Source: an uncultured Bacilli bacterium
GTDB taxonomy: Bacteria; Bacillota_I; Bacilli_A; RF39; UBA660
NCBI GenBank assembly: GCA_934130375.1
Contig: CAKOXW010000001.1
Location: forward strand, 50,946 to 114,945
Length of the DNA: 64,000 nt
Reading direction: 5' to 3'
A model generated the notes under the pieces. The model ran no database searches, was not told where the DNA came from, and was given only the letters and a program-made list of their open reading frames with translations. Of the stretch, positions 1 through 9,531 are shown in pieces. How positions within the stretch are numbered: the stretch's first letter is position 1; every line of letters begins with the position of its first letter. A program made the translations under genes and the position numbers.

Positions 1-1
1 A

Positions 2-130
2 GCGTCTATGATTGATAGTAAAAATCATCAAATGACAGATGAGTATTTAGAATATGCAAGACAATTAATAATGGGTGAGTTAGTACCTATATTTAAAGAT
101 GGGTTGCCACAACATTTAATATTAAAGTAA
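2..130 (+). CDS. 3' end of an unidentified upstream gene (partial, C-terminal ~43 codons)
   Basis: Open frame running from the window edge to TAA at 128-130 (…GELVPIFKDGLPQHLILK*). No recognisable motif. Confidence 0.25.
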   Translation, partial: ASMIDSKNHQMTDEYLEYARQLIMGELVPIFKDGLPQHLILK

Positions 131-149
131 AATATTATGGGGGTTTTAA

Positions 150-644
150 ATGAATTTAGATGAATATAAGAACTATTTAGTGTCTGTTTATAGGTGGCCT
201 ATTGATAATAGTTCTGATTTAATGGAAAAAAGAAAAATAGAATTAGAGAAAAGATATAGTGATGAGTACTTAGAAAAAATTATTGCTGATACATATGATT
301 TTATAAGTGATGTAGTAATGTCTAGTGATATAGAGTATGGGTATTATAAAGAGAGTATCTCTGATGATACAACAAGGTATATTAATTTAGGGTTGCATGG
401 TGGATGGCCTTCTGATGTATTGTTTGGTGTATCTAATGATAGAATAGTAAGTAATCATTTGTTAAAGCATGTATTTGGTAATAGTTTATTTGCAGAAATT
501 GATGCGGTTGAATATGAAAATGAGTATGAAGATGGTATTTATGGATTTAGTTATGATTATTATTTTTATATGCATGGTTTAACTAATTTAGATGAGGTAA
601 AAAGGAAAATAGGTAATAGAACTATCCATAAAACGAGAAAGTAA
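150..644 (+). CDS. hypothetical protein (164 aa, Tyr/Asp-rich)
   Basis: Intact ORF preceded by GGGGG RBS-like sequence. No recognisable family motif. Confidence 0.45.
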   Translation: MNLDEYKNYLVSVYRWPIDNSSDLMEKRKIELEKRYSDEYLEKIIADTYDFISDVVMSSDIEYGYYKESISDDTTRYINLGLHGGWPSDVLFGVSNDRIVSNHLLKHVFGNSLFAEIDAVEYENEYEDGIYGFSYDYYFYMHGLTNLDEVKRKIGNRTIHKTRK

Positions 645-717
645 GATAGATTAAAAAGTCTATCTTTTTTTTTAAATAAAACTGTTGTATAATATGGTAT
701 ATAGTAACGGAGGTTTT

Positions 718-3498
718 ATGAAAAAAGAAAAAGGTTTTACTTTAGTCGAATTACTTGCAGTAATAGTTATAATAGCGATTATTCTTGCGATTGCAATACC
801 AACAATTAGTAATTATAAAGAGGAAAGAAAAAAGAACTTATTTTTTGCACTTGCAAAAAATATAGTTAGAGAACTTAATTATGAAAATATGGAATCTAAT
901 AGTTCATTATTTAATATCCTTGGTTCAATTGATATGGAAATATCAAAAGAACAAGTAGATTTAGATAAATCCAATGTTTTAATATCAGAAGATGGGGTTG
1001 TTTTAAATCTATTTGGTAAAGGAGCATATGAAGGATTATATTTATGTAATATATCATCATCAACAAAAAGTCCAAATTATGAAGATACAACATGTATAGA
1101 TGGTAGTTATAAATCAGTTGTTACACTTGATGCACAAGGAGGTAGTGTTGAACCTACTACTTTAGAAGTTACAGCTGGAAATGAATATGGTGAACTACCT
1201 ACACCTACTAAAGAAAATAGTGATTTTATTGGTTGGTATTACAATGGAACTAAAATAGAAAGTAATACTAAAGTAACAACCATAGTAAATCACACTATAG
1301 TAGCAAAATGGAAGTATCATGCTAAATTAACAGTATTATTAAATGGTGGTACATTAGATCAAACATTTGAAGAAAGATATTTAGAAGGTACAAGTTTAAC
1401 ACTTGGAACTCCTACAAAAGATGAAAATACATTTGTAGGTTGGAAGATAACAAGTGGAAATGGTATTATAAGCGGGAATAATTTAATATTTGAAGATACA
1501 GATATAATTATTGAAGCACAATTTAGATTTAATAAAATAGAATTAGTTGTTGACTTTGATGGAGGTACTGGTATAAATCCTAGTGGAAATTATGATATAG
1601 GGTCATCTATTCAAATAACACCACCAACAAAACCTGGTTATGATTTTACTGGTTGGGAAGTAATTAGTGGTAATAGTATAATAAGTGGTAATACGATTAC
1701 TATTGGAAATCAAAATACTATTGCAAAAGCGACATATCAATCAAAAACATTTATAGTAACATTAAATGCAAATGGCGGAAGTGTAACTACAGATAGCATG
1801 TCTGTAGCTTACAATAGTACTTATGGTGAATTTCCAACTGCTACAAGATCAGGTTATAATTTTATAGGTTGGTTTACAACTGCAAGCGGTACTGAACAAG
1901 TTCTACCTTCAACAGTAGTAAAAATCAGTTCAAATCAAACATTATATGCGAAATGGGAAGAAAAAATAATAAATACAACTACTCTTTTAAATAGTTATAA
2001 GTGTAAGAATAAATCAGTTGGTGTTGAGGAATATGTAATGACATATACTGGTAATTGTGATGTTACAGAAACTGAAGCAGGTGAGTTTCAAATTAAATTT
2101 TTAACAAGCGGAACTCTTAGAATAAATGGTTCAACAAATGTTGATATCTTCGCTGTTGGTGCAGGAGGTGGAGGTTCTTCTACTACAGGCGGAGGTGGCG
2201 GATACACAGCATATAAACAAAATGTATCAAATATAACTAATCAAGATATTGAAGTAGCAATTGGTACAGGTGGTGCTGTTGGTGCAAATGGTACTGCATC
2301 ATCAGTTGGTGATATTATTAGTGCTGCTGGTGGAAATGCTGGTGGTGCAACAGGTGGCAATGGTGGTAATGGTGGCGGTGGCTACGGTGGTACGAAATCA
2401 GAATGGGCTTGTACAGAAAGATGGGATCAAGCCGGATGTGTTGCTTGGGGTTATGTTTACACATATGGCAATGGTGGTTCTGGTGGTAGTTATGGTAATA
2501 ATGGTTCTGCAGGAACGGTGCAACCTACTGATGGTGGAACTGGTCAAGGAACAACAACTTGTGAGTTTAATGAGGGTAACTTAAGTGGATGTACAAACGG
2601 AGTAAATTATGCTTATTCTGCAGGTGGTTATGGATGTGGAACTAAAGCAAATGGAAGTACAGGAAAAGGAAAAACTGGTGACAATTCAGGACATGGTGGT
2701 AATTGTAATGCGTCTGGTTCTTCAGGAGTTATAGTAATTAGAAGTAGAAATACAAAAAATATAGTTGTTGGTTCAAAAACAATTGGCACATATGATGGAA
2801 AGTTTATTGCTGAAGGTGATGAAAGTAATTGGGTTGTAAGATTTTTAACTGATGGAACCCTTAAGTTTAATGCAAATACTGAAATAGATGTTTTCGCAGT
2901 TGGTGCAGGAGGTGGAGGTTCTTCTACTACAGGAGGTGGTGGCGGTTATACAAAATATGTTGCTGGTGCTACGACTACTGCAAATGCAAAATATTCAGTT
3001 GTTATTGGAAAAGGTGGCGATATAGGTACTTCAGGTGGTGATAGTAGTTTATCTACAATTATTACGGCAAAAGGTGGTGGAGGTGGTTCTACTACTGGTG
3101 GCAATGGTGGTAATGGTGGCGGTGGCTACGGTGGTACGAAATCAGAATGGGCTTGTACAGAAAGATGGGATCAAGCCGGATGTGTTGCTTGGGGTTATGT
3201 TTACACATATGGCAATGGTGGTTCTGGTGGTAGTTATGGTAATAATGGTTCTGCAGGAACCGTGCAACCTACTAATGGTGGAACTGGTCAAGGAACAACA
3301 ACTTGTGAATTCAATGAGGGTAACTTAAGTGGATGTACAAGCGGAGTAAATTATGCTTATTCTACAGGTGGTTATGGATGTGGAACTAAAGCAAATGGAA
3401 GCAATGGTTTAGGTAAGTCAGGTAGTAATTCTGGAAGTGGTGGTTCTTGTCAGTCAACAGGCCAAAGTGGAGTTATAATAATAAGAAATAAACGATAA
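718..3498 (+). CDS. giant prepilin-type N-terminal cleavage/methylation-domain protein: type IV pilin-like N-terminus, four Listeria-Bacteroides (Flg_new) repeats and two tandem Gly/Cys-rich domains
   Basis: GGAGG RBS 5 nt before ATG 718. N-terminus MKKEKG|FTLVELLAVIVIIAI is a class III (prepilin) signal with Glu at +5. Four repeats follow with the pattern …NGG…Y(G/S)xLP…(GY)xFxGW…(A/Y)KW. Then two ~230-aa Gly-rich units each start FLT(S/D)GTL…(D/E)(I/V)FAVGAGGGGSSTTGGGGGYT and contain the Cys motif WACTERWDQAGCVAWGY. Confidence 0.8.
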   Translation: MKKEKGFTLVELLAVIVIIAIILAIAIPTISNYKEERKKNLFFALAKNIVRELNYENMESNSSLFNILGSIDMEISKEQVDLDKSNVLISEDGVVLNLFGKGAYEGLYLCNISSSTKSPNYEDTTCIDGSYKSVVTLDAQGGSVEPTTLEVTAGNEYGELPTPTKENSDFIGWYYNGTKIESNTKVTTIVNHTIVAKWKYHAKLTVLLNGGTLDQTFEERYLEGTSLTLGTPTKDENTFVGWKITSGNGIISGNNLIFEDTDIIIEAQFRFNKIELVVDFDGGTGINPSGNYDIGSSIQITPPTKPGYDFTGWEVISGNSIISGNTITIGNQNTIAKATYQSKTFIVTLNANGGSVTTDSMSVAYNSTYGEFPTATRSGYNFIGWFTTASGTEQVLPSTVVKISSNQTLYAKWEEKIINTTTLLNSYKCKNKSVGVEEYVMTYTGNCDVTETEAGEFQIKFLTSGTLRINGSTNVDIFAVGAGGGGSSTTGGGGGYTAYKQNVSNITNQDIEVAIGTGGAVGANGTASSVGDIISAAGGNAGGATGGNGGNGGGGYGGTKSEWACTERWDQAGCVAWGYVYTYGNGGSGGSYGNNGSAGTVQPTDGGTGQGTTTCEFNEGNLSGCTNGVNYAYSAGGYGCGTKANGSTGKGKTGDNSGHGGNCNASGSSGVIVIRSRNTKNIVVGSKTIGTYDGKFIAEGDESNWVVRFLTDGTLKFNANTEIDVFAVGAGGGGSSTTGGGGGYTKYVAGATTTANAKYSVVIGKGGDIGTSGGDSSLSTIITAKGGGGGSTTGGNGGNGGGGYGGTKSEWACTERWDQAGCVAWGYVYTYGNGGSGGSYGNNGSAGTVQPTNGGTGQGTTTCEFNEGNLSGCTSGVNYAYSTGGYGCGTKANGSNGLGKSGSNSGSGGSCQSTGQSGVIIIRNKR
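2354..2660. repeat. intragenic tandem duplication, copy A (~97% identical to copy B over ~300 nt)
   Basis: Direct comparison with 3097-3403. Long identical runs (ggtggcaatggtggtaatggtggcggtggctacggtggtacgaaatcagaatgggcttgtacagaaagatgggatcaagccggatgtgttgcttgg…) with only a handful of substitutions. Confidence 0.85.
3097..3403. repeat. intragenic tandem duplication, copy B
   Basis: See copy A. The repeat offset is 743 nt. It explains the spurious alternative-frame ORFs 2261-2584 and 3035-3328 in the track. Confidence 0.85.
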
Positions 3499-3652
3499 AA
3501 TTAATTAAAAATATTAAATCATTATTGTGATAAAAATCATTGTAGTTTATGGCTTAAGTGATAAATAGGATGTAATATAAATAAATAAAAGAGTAGGTTC
3601 TTTGTCAAATAGTGTTGGTAAACAATAAATTTGATAAATGAATTGAGATTGT

Positions 3653-3680
3653 AAGGATGATTATTATCATCCTTTTATAA
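3653..3680 (+). terminator. hairpin plus T-rich tail, candidate intrinsic terminator
   Basis: AAGGATGAttattATCATCCTT followed by TTATAAT. Confidence 0.35.
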
Positions 3681-3721
3681 TGCCCTTAATTAAGAAAATG
3701 AGTGCTAATATCCTATAATAC

Positions 3722-4099
3722 ATCTAAATCTCCTAACCTAGAACAAATAAATGATATGCTTAATAAAGCGTTTGATAAGAACGCTGATCTTGATGGATTA
3801 ATATTTCATTCAGATTAAGGCTGGCAATATCAACATCAATCATATCAACAAAGATTAAAAAATAAAGGTATAAAACAAAGTATGTCTAGGGAAGGCAATA
3901 GTATGGATAATGGAATGATGGAAAATTTCTTTGGTTTACTTAAAACAGAAATGTTTTATGATCAAGAAGATAGTTATAAAACATTAGATGATTTAATAAA
4001 AAAATTGATGACTATATTTGTTATTACAATTATGATAGAATTAAAGTTAAATTAAAAGGACTGTCACCCGTAAATTACAGGTTACAATCCTCTAATTAG
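3722..4099 (+). mobile_element. IS3-family transposase (orfB/integrase core) C-terminal fragment, 5'-truncated with an in-frame TAA: pseudogene relic
   Basis: Translation …LDGLIFHSD*GWQYQ…SMSREGNSMDNGMMENFFGLLKTEMFYDQ…YYNYDRIKVKLKGLSPVNYRLQSSN* matches the conserved IS3/IS150-type DDE C-terminal blocks (HSDrGsQY, REGNsmDNgmmEsFFgtLKtE, eRIKvkLkGLSPvqYR). A stop codon replaces the Arg of HSDRG. No upstream half and no inverted repeats are visible. Confidence 0.8.
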
Positions 4100-4229
4100 A
4101 AACTATTAATAAACTGTCCAACTTTTGGGGTTCAGTTCAGATTTACATTCGCCAACACTATTTATTATACAACCGATAAAAGTAATGCGCTTTTATCTTT
4201 TTTTTGATATAATTATAAGAGGTGGTATT

Positions 4230-5981
4230 ATGAGTAAAATTAAAGTGATGGATGAAATACTTGCAAATAAGATCGCAGCAGGGGAAGTAATTGAAAGATG
4301 CGTAAGTATTGTTAAGGAACTTGTAGAAAATAGTATAGATGCTAAAAGTAGTGTAATTAAGATTGAACTTATTGATAGTGGTATTAGTATGATAAAAGTA
4401 GTAGATGATGGTATAGGTATGGATTATGAAGATGCTCATCTTGCTTTTTTAAGACATGCTACTAGTAAGTTATTAAGTGATGATGATTTATTTAATATAA
4501 AATCTCTTGGATTTAGAGGTGAGGCTCTACCTTCTATCGCATCTGTATCTGAAGTATCATTAAAAACATGCCAAAAAGATATTGGTACACACCTTGTTGT
4601 AAAAGGTGGTAAGATAATTACTGATGAATATGCTGATAGTAGAGTTGGAACTGAGATAGAAGTCAAAAAATTATTTTATAATACTCCAGCAAGATTAAAG
4701 CATCTAAGCAGTTTATATACAGAACTTGCTCATATAACTGAATATATTAATAAAATTGCGCTTTCATATCCTGATATATCTTTTACTTTAATAAATGATA
4801 ATAAAGTACTTTTAAAAACTGATGGTAGTGGTAATTTATTAAAAGTAATTAATAGTATTTATGGACTGGACGTAACAAAAAAGATGATACCTATTTCTGC
4901 ATTTGATAATGATTATAAAATAGATGGTTATATTAGTTTACCTGAGATACAAAAAAATAATAGAAATCATATGGTTACTATTGTAAATGGTAGGGTAGTT
5001 AGAAATATAGAAATTAATAGATGTATTCAAGATAGTTATCATACTTATAAACCAGATGATAAATACCCAATAGTTGTTCTAAATATATCAGTAGACACTA
5101 CTTTAACTGATGTTAATATACATCCAACTAAACAAGATATTAAGTTTGGAAAAATAGATGCTTTATTAGAACTTATTAATAAAACTATTAAAAGTGCATT
5201 AGATGAAAAAATACTTATTCCAAAAATTGAAAATAAAGATGAAGAAATTGAAGCATTAAAACCAGTAAGTATGCCTACTAGTTTTGTAGAAGAAAAGGAA
5301 GTAGTTAAAGAAGAAGAAAAAAAGTATGAACAAGTACACTTAGATTTAGAATATATAAAGGAAGCAACTGATGATTATCAAGAAGAAGTAATTACTGAAA
5401 AGGTACCTGTTATGTATCCAGTTGGTTTAGTAAAAGGTACTTATATAATATGTCAAAATGAACTTGGTATGTATATGATTGATCAACATGCTGCTAACGA
5501 AAGAGTTAATTATGAATATTATTATTATGCTCTTTGTAATTTAAAAGATGAAATAGATATGCTAGTACCTATTACTATTGAACTTCCATATAATGAATTT
5601 ATAATAGTAAAAGAAAACCTTGAACTTCTTAAGAATATGCATTTTAATATTGAAGAATTTGGCATTAATACATTCATTGTAAGAAGTCATCCAATATGGT
5701 TACCTAAAGGTTGTGAAGAAATTGCAATAAGAAAGATTATTGAACTTATAATCGCTAAGGAAAAGAATTTTGATATATTAAAATTTAATGATCGTGTTGC
5801 AGCAACAGTCGCATGTAAAGCAAGTATAAAGGCTAATGATAATATTAATCTAGAAGAAATGGAAACACTTGTTAATAAATTAAGAAAGTGTAAAAATCCA
5901 TATACTTGTCCACATGGAAGACCAACAATTATATTTTATTCAAATTATGAATTAGAAAAATTATTTAAGAGGGCGATGTAA
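4230..5981 (+). CDS. mutL: DNA mismatch repair protein MutL
   Basis: AAGAGGTGG RBS before ATG 4230. MSKIKVMDEILANKIAAGEVIERCVSIVKELVENSIDA is the MutL GHKL ATPase N-terminus. The C-terminal dimerisation region carries the …CPHGRP… motif. Confidence 0.9.
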   Translation: MSKIKVMDEILANKIAAGEVIERCVSIVKELVENSIDAKSSVIKIELIDSGISMIKVVDDGIGMDYEDAHLAFLRHATSKLLSDDDLFNIKSLGFRGEALPSIASVSEVSLKTCQKDIGTHLVVKGGKIITDEYADSRVGTEIEVKKLFYNTPARLKHLSSLYTELAHITEYINKIALSYPDISFTLINDNKVLLKTDGSGNLLKVINSIYGLDVTKKMIPISAFDNDYKIDGYISLPEIQKNNRNHMVTIVNGRVVRNIEINRCIQDSYHTYKPDDKYPIVVLNISVDTTLTDVNIHPTKQDIKFGKIDALLELINKTIKSALDEKILIPKIENKDEEIEALKPVSMPTSFVEEKEVVKEEEKKYEQVHLDLEYIKEATDDYQEEVITEKVPVMYPVGLVKGTYIICQNELGMYMIDQHAANERVNYEYYYYALCNLKDEIDMLVPITIELPYNEFIIVKENLELLKNMHFNIEEFGINTFIVRSHPIWLPKGCEEIAIRKIIELIIAKEKNFDILKFNDRVAATVACKASIKANDNINLEEMETLVNKLRKCKNPYTCPHGRPTIIFYSNYELEKLFKRAM

Positions 5982-6841
5982 TGATAGTAGTAATAATTGG
6001 TCCTACTGGTGTAGGAAAAACAAAACTTAGTTTGGAACTTGCAAAGAAATATAATGCAGAAATTATAAATGCTGATGCTATGCAAGTGTATAAAGAGATG
6101 AATATTGGTACTGCTAAGGTAACTGATAAAATGGGTATAACTCATCATTTACTTAGTATTAGAAGTGTAAATGAGCCTTATTCTGTATATGAATACCAAA
6201 AAGATGGAAGAAAATTAATAGAAAGACTAAAAAAAGAAAATAAAAATATAATAATAGTTGGTGGTACTGGGCTTTATATTAAAGCATTGCTTTACGACTA
6301 TAAGTTTAATATAAATGATAAGAACAAGGATTATGATGATTTAAGTAATGAAGAGATATTAAATAAAATTAAAGAATATTGTGATACTGATATTCATGTT
6401 AATAATAGGAAAAGATTAGTAAGGATGTTAAATAAGATAGAAAATAATGATATTGAAGAAGTATCTGGTAATAACTTAATATACGATAATGTTTATTTTA
6501 TTGGACTTACTACAAATAGAGATAATTTATACAAAAGAATAAATGATAGAGTAGATGAAATGGTTGATGAAGGACTTATATCTGAAGTAAAAGATTTATA
6601 TGATAAAAATATAAATACAATACCAATTAATACAGCAATTGGTTATAAGGAATTATATAAATATTTTAATAATGAAATAAGTTTGGAAGATGCTATAGAG
6701 TTAATTAAAAGAAATTCAAGGAGATATGCTAAAAGACAATATACTTGGATTAATAATAAAATGAATGTTGAATGGTTTTATGTAGATTTTAATAATTTCA
6801 ATAATACGATAAAAGAAGTAGAAAAGTATATAACTAATTGA
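5981..6841 (+). CDS. miaA: tRNA dimethylallyltransferase MiaA
   Basis: IVVIIGPTGVGKTKLSLELAKKYNAEIINADAMQVYKEMNIGTAK (P-loop plus MiaA signature). Start overlaps the mutL stop. Confidence 0.9.
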   Translation: MIVVIIGPTGVGKTKLSLELAKKYNAEIINADAMQVYKEMNIGTAKVTDKMGITHHLLSIRSVNEPYSVYEYQKDGRKLIERLKKENKNIIIVGGTGLYIKALLYDYKFNINDKNKDYDDLSNEEILNKIKEYCDTDIHVNNRKRLVRMLNKIENNDIEEVSGNNLIYDNVYFIGLTTNRDNLYKRINDRVDEMVDEGLISEVKDLYDKNINTIPINTAIGYKELYKYFNNEISLEDAIELIKRNSRRYAKRQYTWINNKMNVEWFYVDFNNFNNTIKEVEKYITN

Positions 6842-6888
6842 CAAATTAGTTAAAAAGTATATAATATTTTTGAAAAAGAGGAAATATT

Positions 6889-7317
6889 ATGAAAAAATTT
6901 AATTATGATTTAACTGATGAAGAAGATATTGATAGATTATTTTTTGATACAGCTAAGATATTTGGCATTATATTTGTAATTTTATTAATTTGGAAAGGCT
7001 GTGAATTATTATATTTTGACAAAGTTAATAATTATACTAAGGAACTTGTTTTAGCAGCCGATAAAAAATATGAAAACAGAAAAATACTTGGATTGTCTAC
7101 TGATAATATTACTTGTAGTAATGTTATGGATAAAAAAGTTAAATATAAGAGTTGCAATATAGAGTTTAAGGATGACCATGCTTATCTTGATATGAAAGTA
7201 AATAATTTTATATTTCAATATAGATATAATTGTTATGGTTCTAAAGATGATTTAAAATGTGATAAAATCGATAAAATAAAAGAGAGAATTGAGGCAGAAG
7301 ATCAAAGCCACAAATAA
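6889..7317 (+). CDS. hypothetical membrane-anchored protein (142 aa)
   Basis: Single hydrophobic segment IFGIIFVILLIW. No known motif. Confidence 0.4.
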   Translation: MKKFNYDLTDEEDIDRLFFDTAKIFGIIFVILLIWKGCELLYFDKVNNYTKELVLAADKKYENRKILGLSTDNITCSNVMDKKVKYKSCNIEFKDDHAYLDMKVNNFIFQYRYNCYGSKDDLKCDKIDKIKERIEAEDQSHK

Positions 7318-7328
7318 ACTCTCTTTTT

Positions 7329-8249
7329 TTAATCTATAAAATTATATATTGCTTCATCATATACATGTTTGTTCTTAGGATTTAAGCTATCTATTTTATT
7401 AAATTCCTCCCTAGTCTTTAAGAAGTACTCATGAAGTAACATATCTCTATTTAAATCATTCACTGGGTCATCCCATGTAACATCAAGGCTTAGCCATTTA
7501 TTATTGATATATACTAAATTCCATATATGTGTATCATTTGATATTTTTACATTTTTTATATTTAATCTATCTAAGAATATACTCATAGTATCTGTATAAC
7601 CATTACATGTTGCTTTATTATCAAATAGTACTCCTATTGCGGTAGATGCATTACTATATGGATTATTTTCTGATTCAATATCATATTTAGTAGTATTAAT
7701 TATATAATCATGTATTGCAAGTATATTATCATAATCATTTTTTTCTTTATCTACGATAGTATCAAATATACTATCTATTTTATCATTAATATTTTTTATA
7801 TCATCTCTTTTATAAATTCTATTAATTGATAATGTAACTTTACCATAATTAGTATAAGTAGTTTTTATACTTTTAAAACTATTAAATACATTTACAAAGT
7901 TATTAATTTGAGATAATAGAGTAGAGTCATTATTAATTGCTTCAACATCTTTTAAACATTCTTTATATCCATTATCACAATAAAAAGTAAACTCTTGCAT
8001 ACCAGATGATATTATCGTGTAATATATATTAATAAGTTCATCCTTGTTATTAGCAATGAAGTCATCTGTTAGTTTTACAAAATCTACATCAACTTCTTTT
8101 GTATATTCGTTGTTATTTAGCGTTGTAGGTATTTTATTATAGTAATCTATTACGGTATCTAGTATTTCTTCTTTTTGTAAAAAACCAAGTGCGAATACAA
8201 AAAGGGTAAATACTGATAGCACTGCTACTAAAAATTTAAGAAATTTCAT
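7329..8249 (-). CDS. secreted transglutaminase-like (Cys-His-Asp) superfamily protein
   Basis: N-terminal signal peptide MKFLKFLVAVLSVFTLFVFALG. Core ATCNGYTDTMSIFLDRLNIKNVKISNDTHIWNLVYINNKWLSLDVTWDDP matches the transglutaminase-like C…H…D catalytic pattern. Confidence 0.6.
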   Translation of the reverse strand: MKFLKFLVAVLSVFTLFVFALGFLQKEEILDTVIDYYNKIPTTLNNNEYTKEVDVDFVKLTDDFIANNKDELINIYYTIISSGMQEFTFYCDNGYKECLKDVEAINNDSTLLSQINNFVNVFNSFKSIKTTYTNYGKVTLSINRIYKRDDIKNINDKIDSIFDTIVDKEKNDYDNILAIHDYIINTTKYDIESENNPYSNASTAIGVLFDNKATCNGYTDTMSIFLDRLNIKNVKISNDTHIWNLVYINNKWLSLDVTWDDPVNDLNRDMLLHEYFLKTREEFNKIDSLNPKNKHVYDEAIYNFID

Positions 8250-8309
8250 ATAATCACCATTTCTATTATACTATATAAAATATAAAATTATAAAAAAAGA
8301 AGTAATATT

Positions 8310-8552
8310 TTACTTCGAATTTACTTTTTTCATAAGACGTGATTTTTTTCTTGCTGCAGTATTCTTTTTGATTACACCTTTTTTTGCTGCAGTATCAATC
8401 TTTTTTATAGCGTCATTTACTAAATTAGCATCATCAGTTTTCTTGATTGCCTTTTTAACAGCAGTTCTCATACTTCCTCTTACTGGAATATTTTCTTCTG
8501 CTTGTCTTTTAATAACATTAACACGTTTTTTAGCACTCTTGATATTTGGCAC
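8310..8552 (-). CDS. rpsT: 30S ribosomal protein S20
   Basis: …PNIKSAKKRVNVIKRQAEEN…TAAKKGVIKKNTAARKKSRL. Probable GTG start 6 nt after GGAGGTG. The track's longer ORF to 8612 adds an unlikely N-terminal extension. Confidence 0.85.
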   Translation of the reverse strand: MPNIKSAKKRVNVIKRQAEENIPVRGSMRTAVKKAIKKTDDANLVNDAIKKIDTAAKKGVIKKNTAARKKSRLMKKVNSK

Positions 8553-8696
8553 TTTTTTCACCTCCATATAAAACATAACAATTTTATCAAATAAACTATA
8601 AAAAATCAACAACTTTGTATAAAATTCTTACAAAAACATTGATTAAATATATAAATTTGCTATAATTAAGATATATTTAATGTAGGAAGTGATAAT

Positions 8697-9206
8697 ATGT
8701 ATAATGAATTACCTTATGAATACGCAGGAGAATATACAAATGGATTTTTTGAATTTGTTGCATTATTTTCTTTAGTATTTCTATTGTTATTTTTAGTAAT
8801 ATTAGTTGTATTACTTGTTGCTAATTATAAAATATTTAAAAAAGCAGGAAAAAATGGTTGGGAGTGTCTAATACCGATTTATGCTACAATCGTAAAATTT
8901 GAGTTTTTAAATATTCCACTTTGGTTTTTATTAATATATTTAATACCAGGAGTAGGCATAATACCTCAAGTAATAATGAGTATTAACTTAGCGAAGAAAT
9001 TTGATAAAGATGCTTTCTTTGCACTAGGGCTTATAATTTTACCAGTAGTATTTTATCCAATCTTAGCATTTTCAGATGCTGAATATAATAGCGATGCTAT
9101 AGGATTATTTGAATCAGTTAAAGTATCTGATAAGAGATACTGTACTAATTGTGGTAATGTTGTTACTGGAAAATATTGTTCTAATTGTGGTTCTAAGAGA
9201 GTGTAG
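8697..9206 (+). CDS. membrane protein with C-terminal CxxC…CxxC zinc-ribbon tail
   Basis: Several hydrophobic helices. The C-terminus is YCTNCGNVVTGKYCSNCGSKRV. Confidence 0.5.
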   Translation: MYNELPYEYAGEYTNGFFEFVALFSLVFLLLFLVILVVLLVANYKIFKKAGKNGWECLIPIYATIVKFEFLNIPLWFLLIYLIPGVGIIPQVIMSINLAKKFDKDAFFALGLIILPVVFYPILAFSDAEYNSDAIGLFESVKVSDKRYCTNCGNVVTGKYCSNCGSKRV

Positions 9207-9283
9207 CGCTAATTATTTGGTGCTTTTTTTCTTTTTGGGTTGTAAATGTATTTTTTTTATGATATTATTAATATTGTTGTTTT

Positions 9284-9359
9284 GGCCTGTTGGTGAAGTG
9301 GTTAACACATTGCCCTCTCAAGGCAACATTCATGGGTTCAAGTCCCATACAGGCTACCA
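9284..9359 (+). tRNA. tRNA-Glu (anticodon CUC)
   Basis: Hand-folded 76-nt cloverleaf with acceptor GGCCTGT/ACAGGCT (G1-U72), D stem GTG/CAC, anticodon stem TTGCC/GGCAA, loop CTCTCAA (anticodon CTC), T stem ATGGG/CCCAT with TTCAAGT loop, and encoded CCA. Confidence 0.75.
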
Positions 9360-9531
9360 AATAGTATATAACAAACCCTTATTTTGTGGGCTTGTTTTAT
9401 TTTTGTGCTCCGAGAAATACTCTAAAATTATTTCTAATGAATAAAAATGTGACAACTACAAAAAATTGATTGAAATTATTAATTAAATATGTTAATATTT
9501 ACTAAAGAATTGCAAAGAAGAGGTGATAAGT

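Noticed and set aside
911-3328. Track ORFs 911-1093(-), 2261-2584(+) and 3035-3328(+) nested in the pilin-like gene
   Set aside because: They are alternative-frame read-through of the Gly-codon-rich duplicated region (GGT/GGC runs translate as Val/Leu/Met-rich nonsense). Their identical sequences simply mirror the DNA repeat.
4158-4666. Antisense ORFs 4158-4439(-) and 4436-4666(-) over the mutL start
   Set aside because: Low-complexity AT-rich antisense frames inside a strongly conserved mutL N-terminus.
8368-8571. ORF 8368-8571(+) antisense to rpsT
   Set aside because: Hydrophobic low-complexity frame opposite a conserved ribosomal protein gene.
9109-9444. ORF 9109-9444(+) spanning the tRNA-Glu
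   Set aside because: It overlaps a cleanly folding tRNA and the zinc-ribbon end of the upstream gene in another frame. Its composition is nonsense-like.
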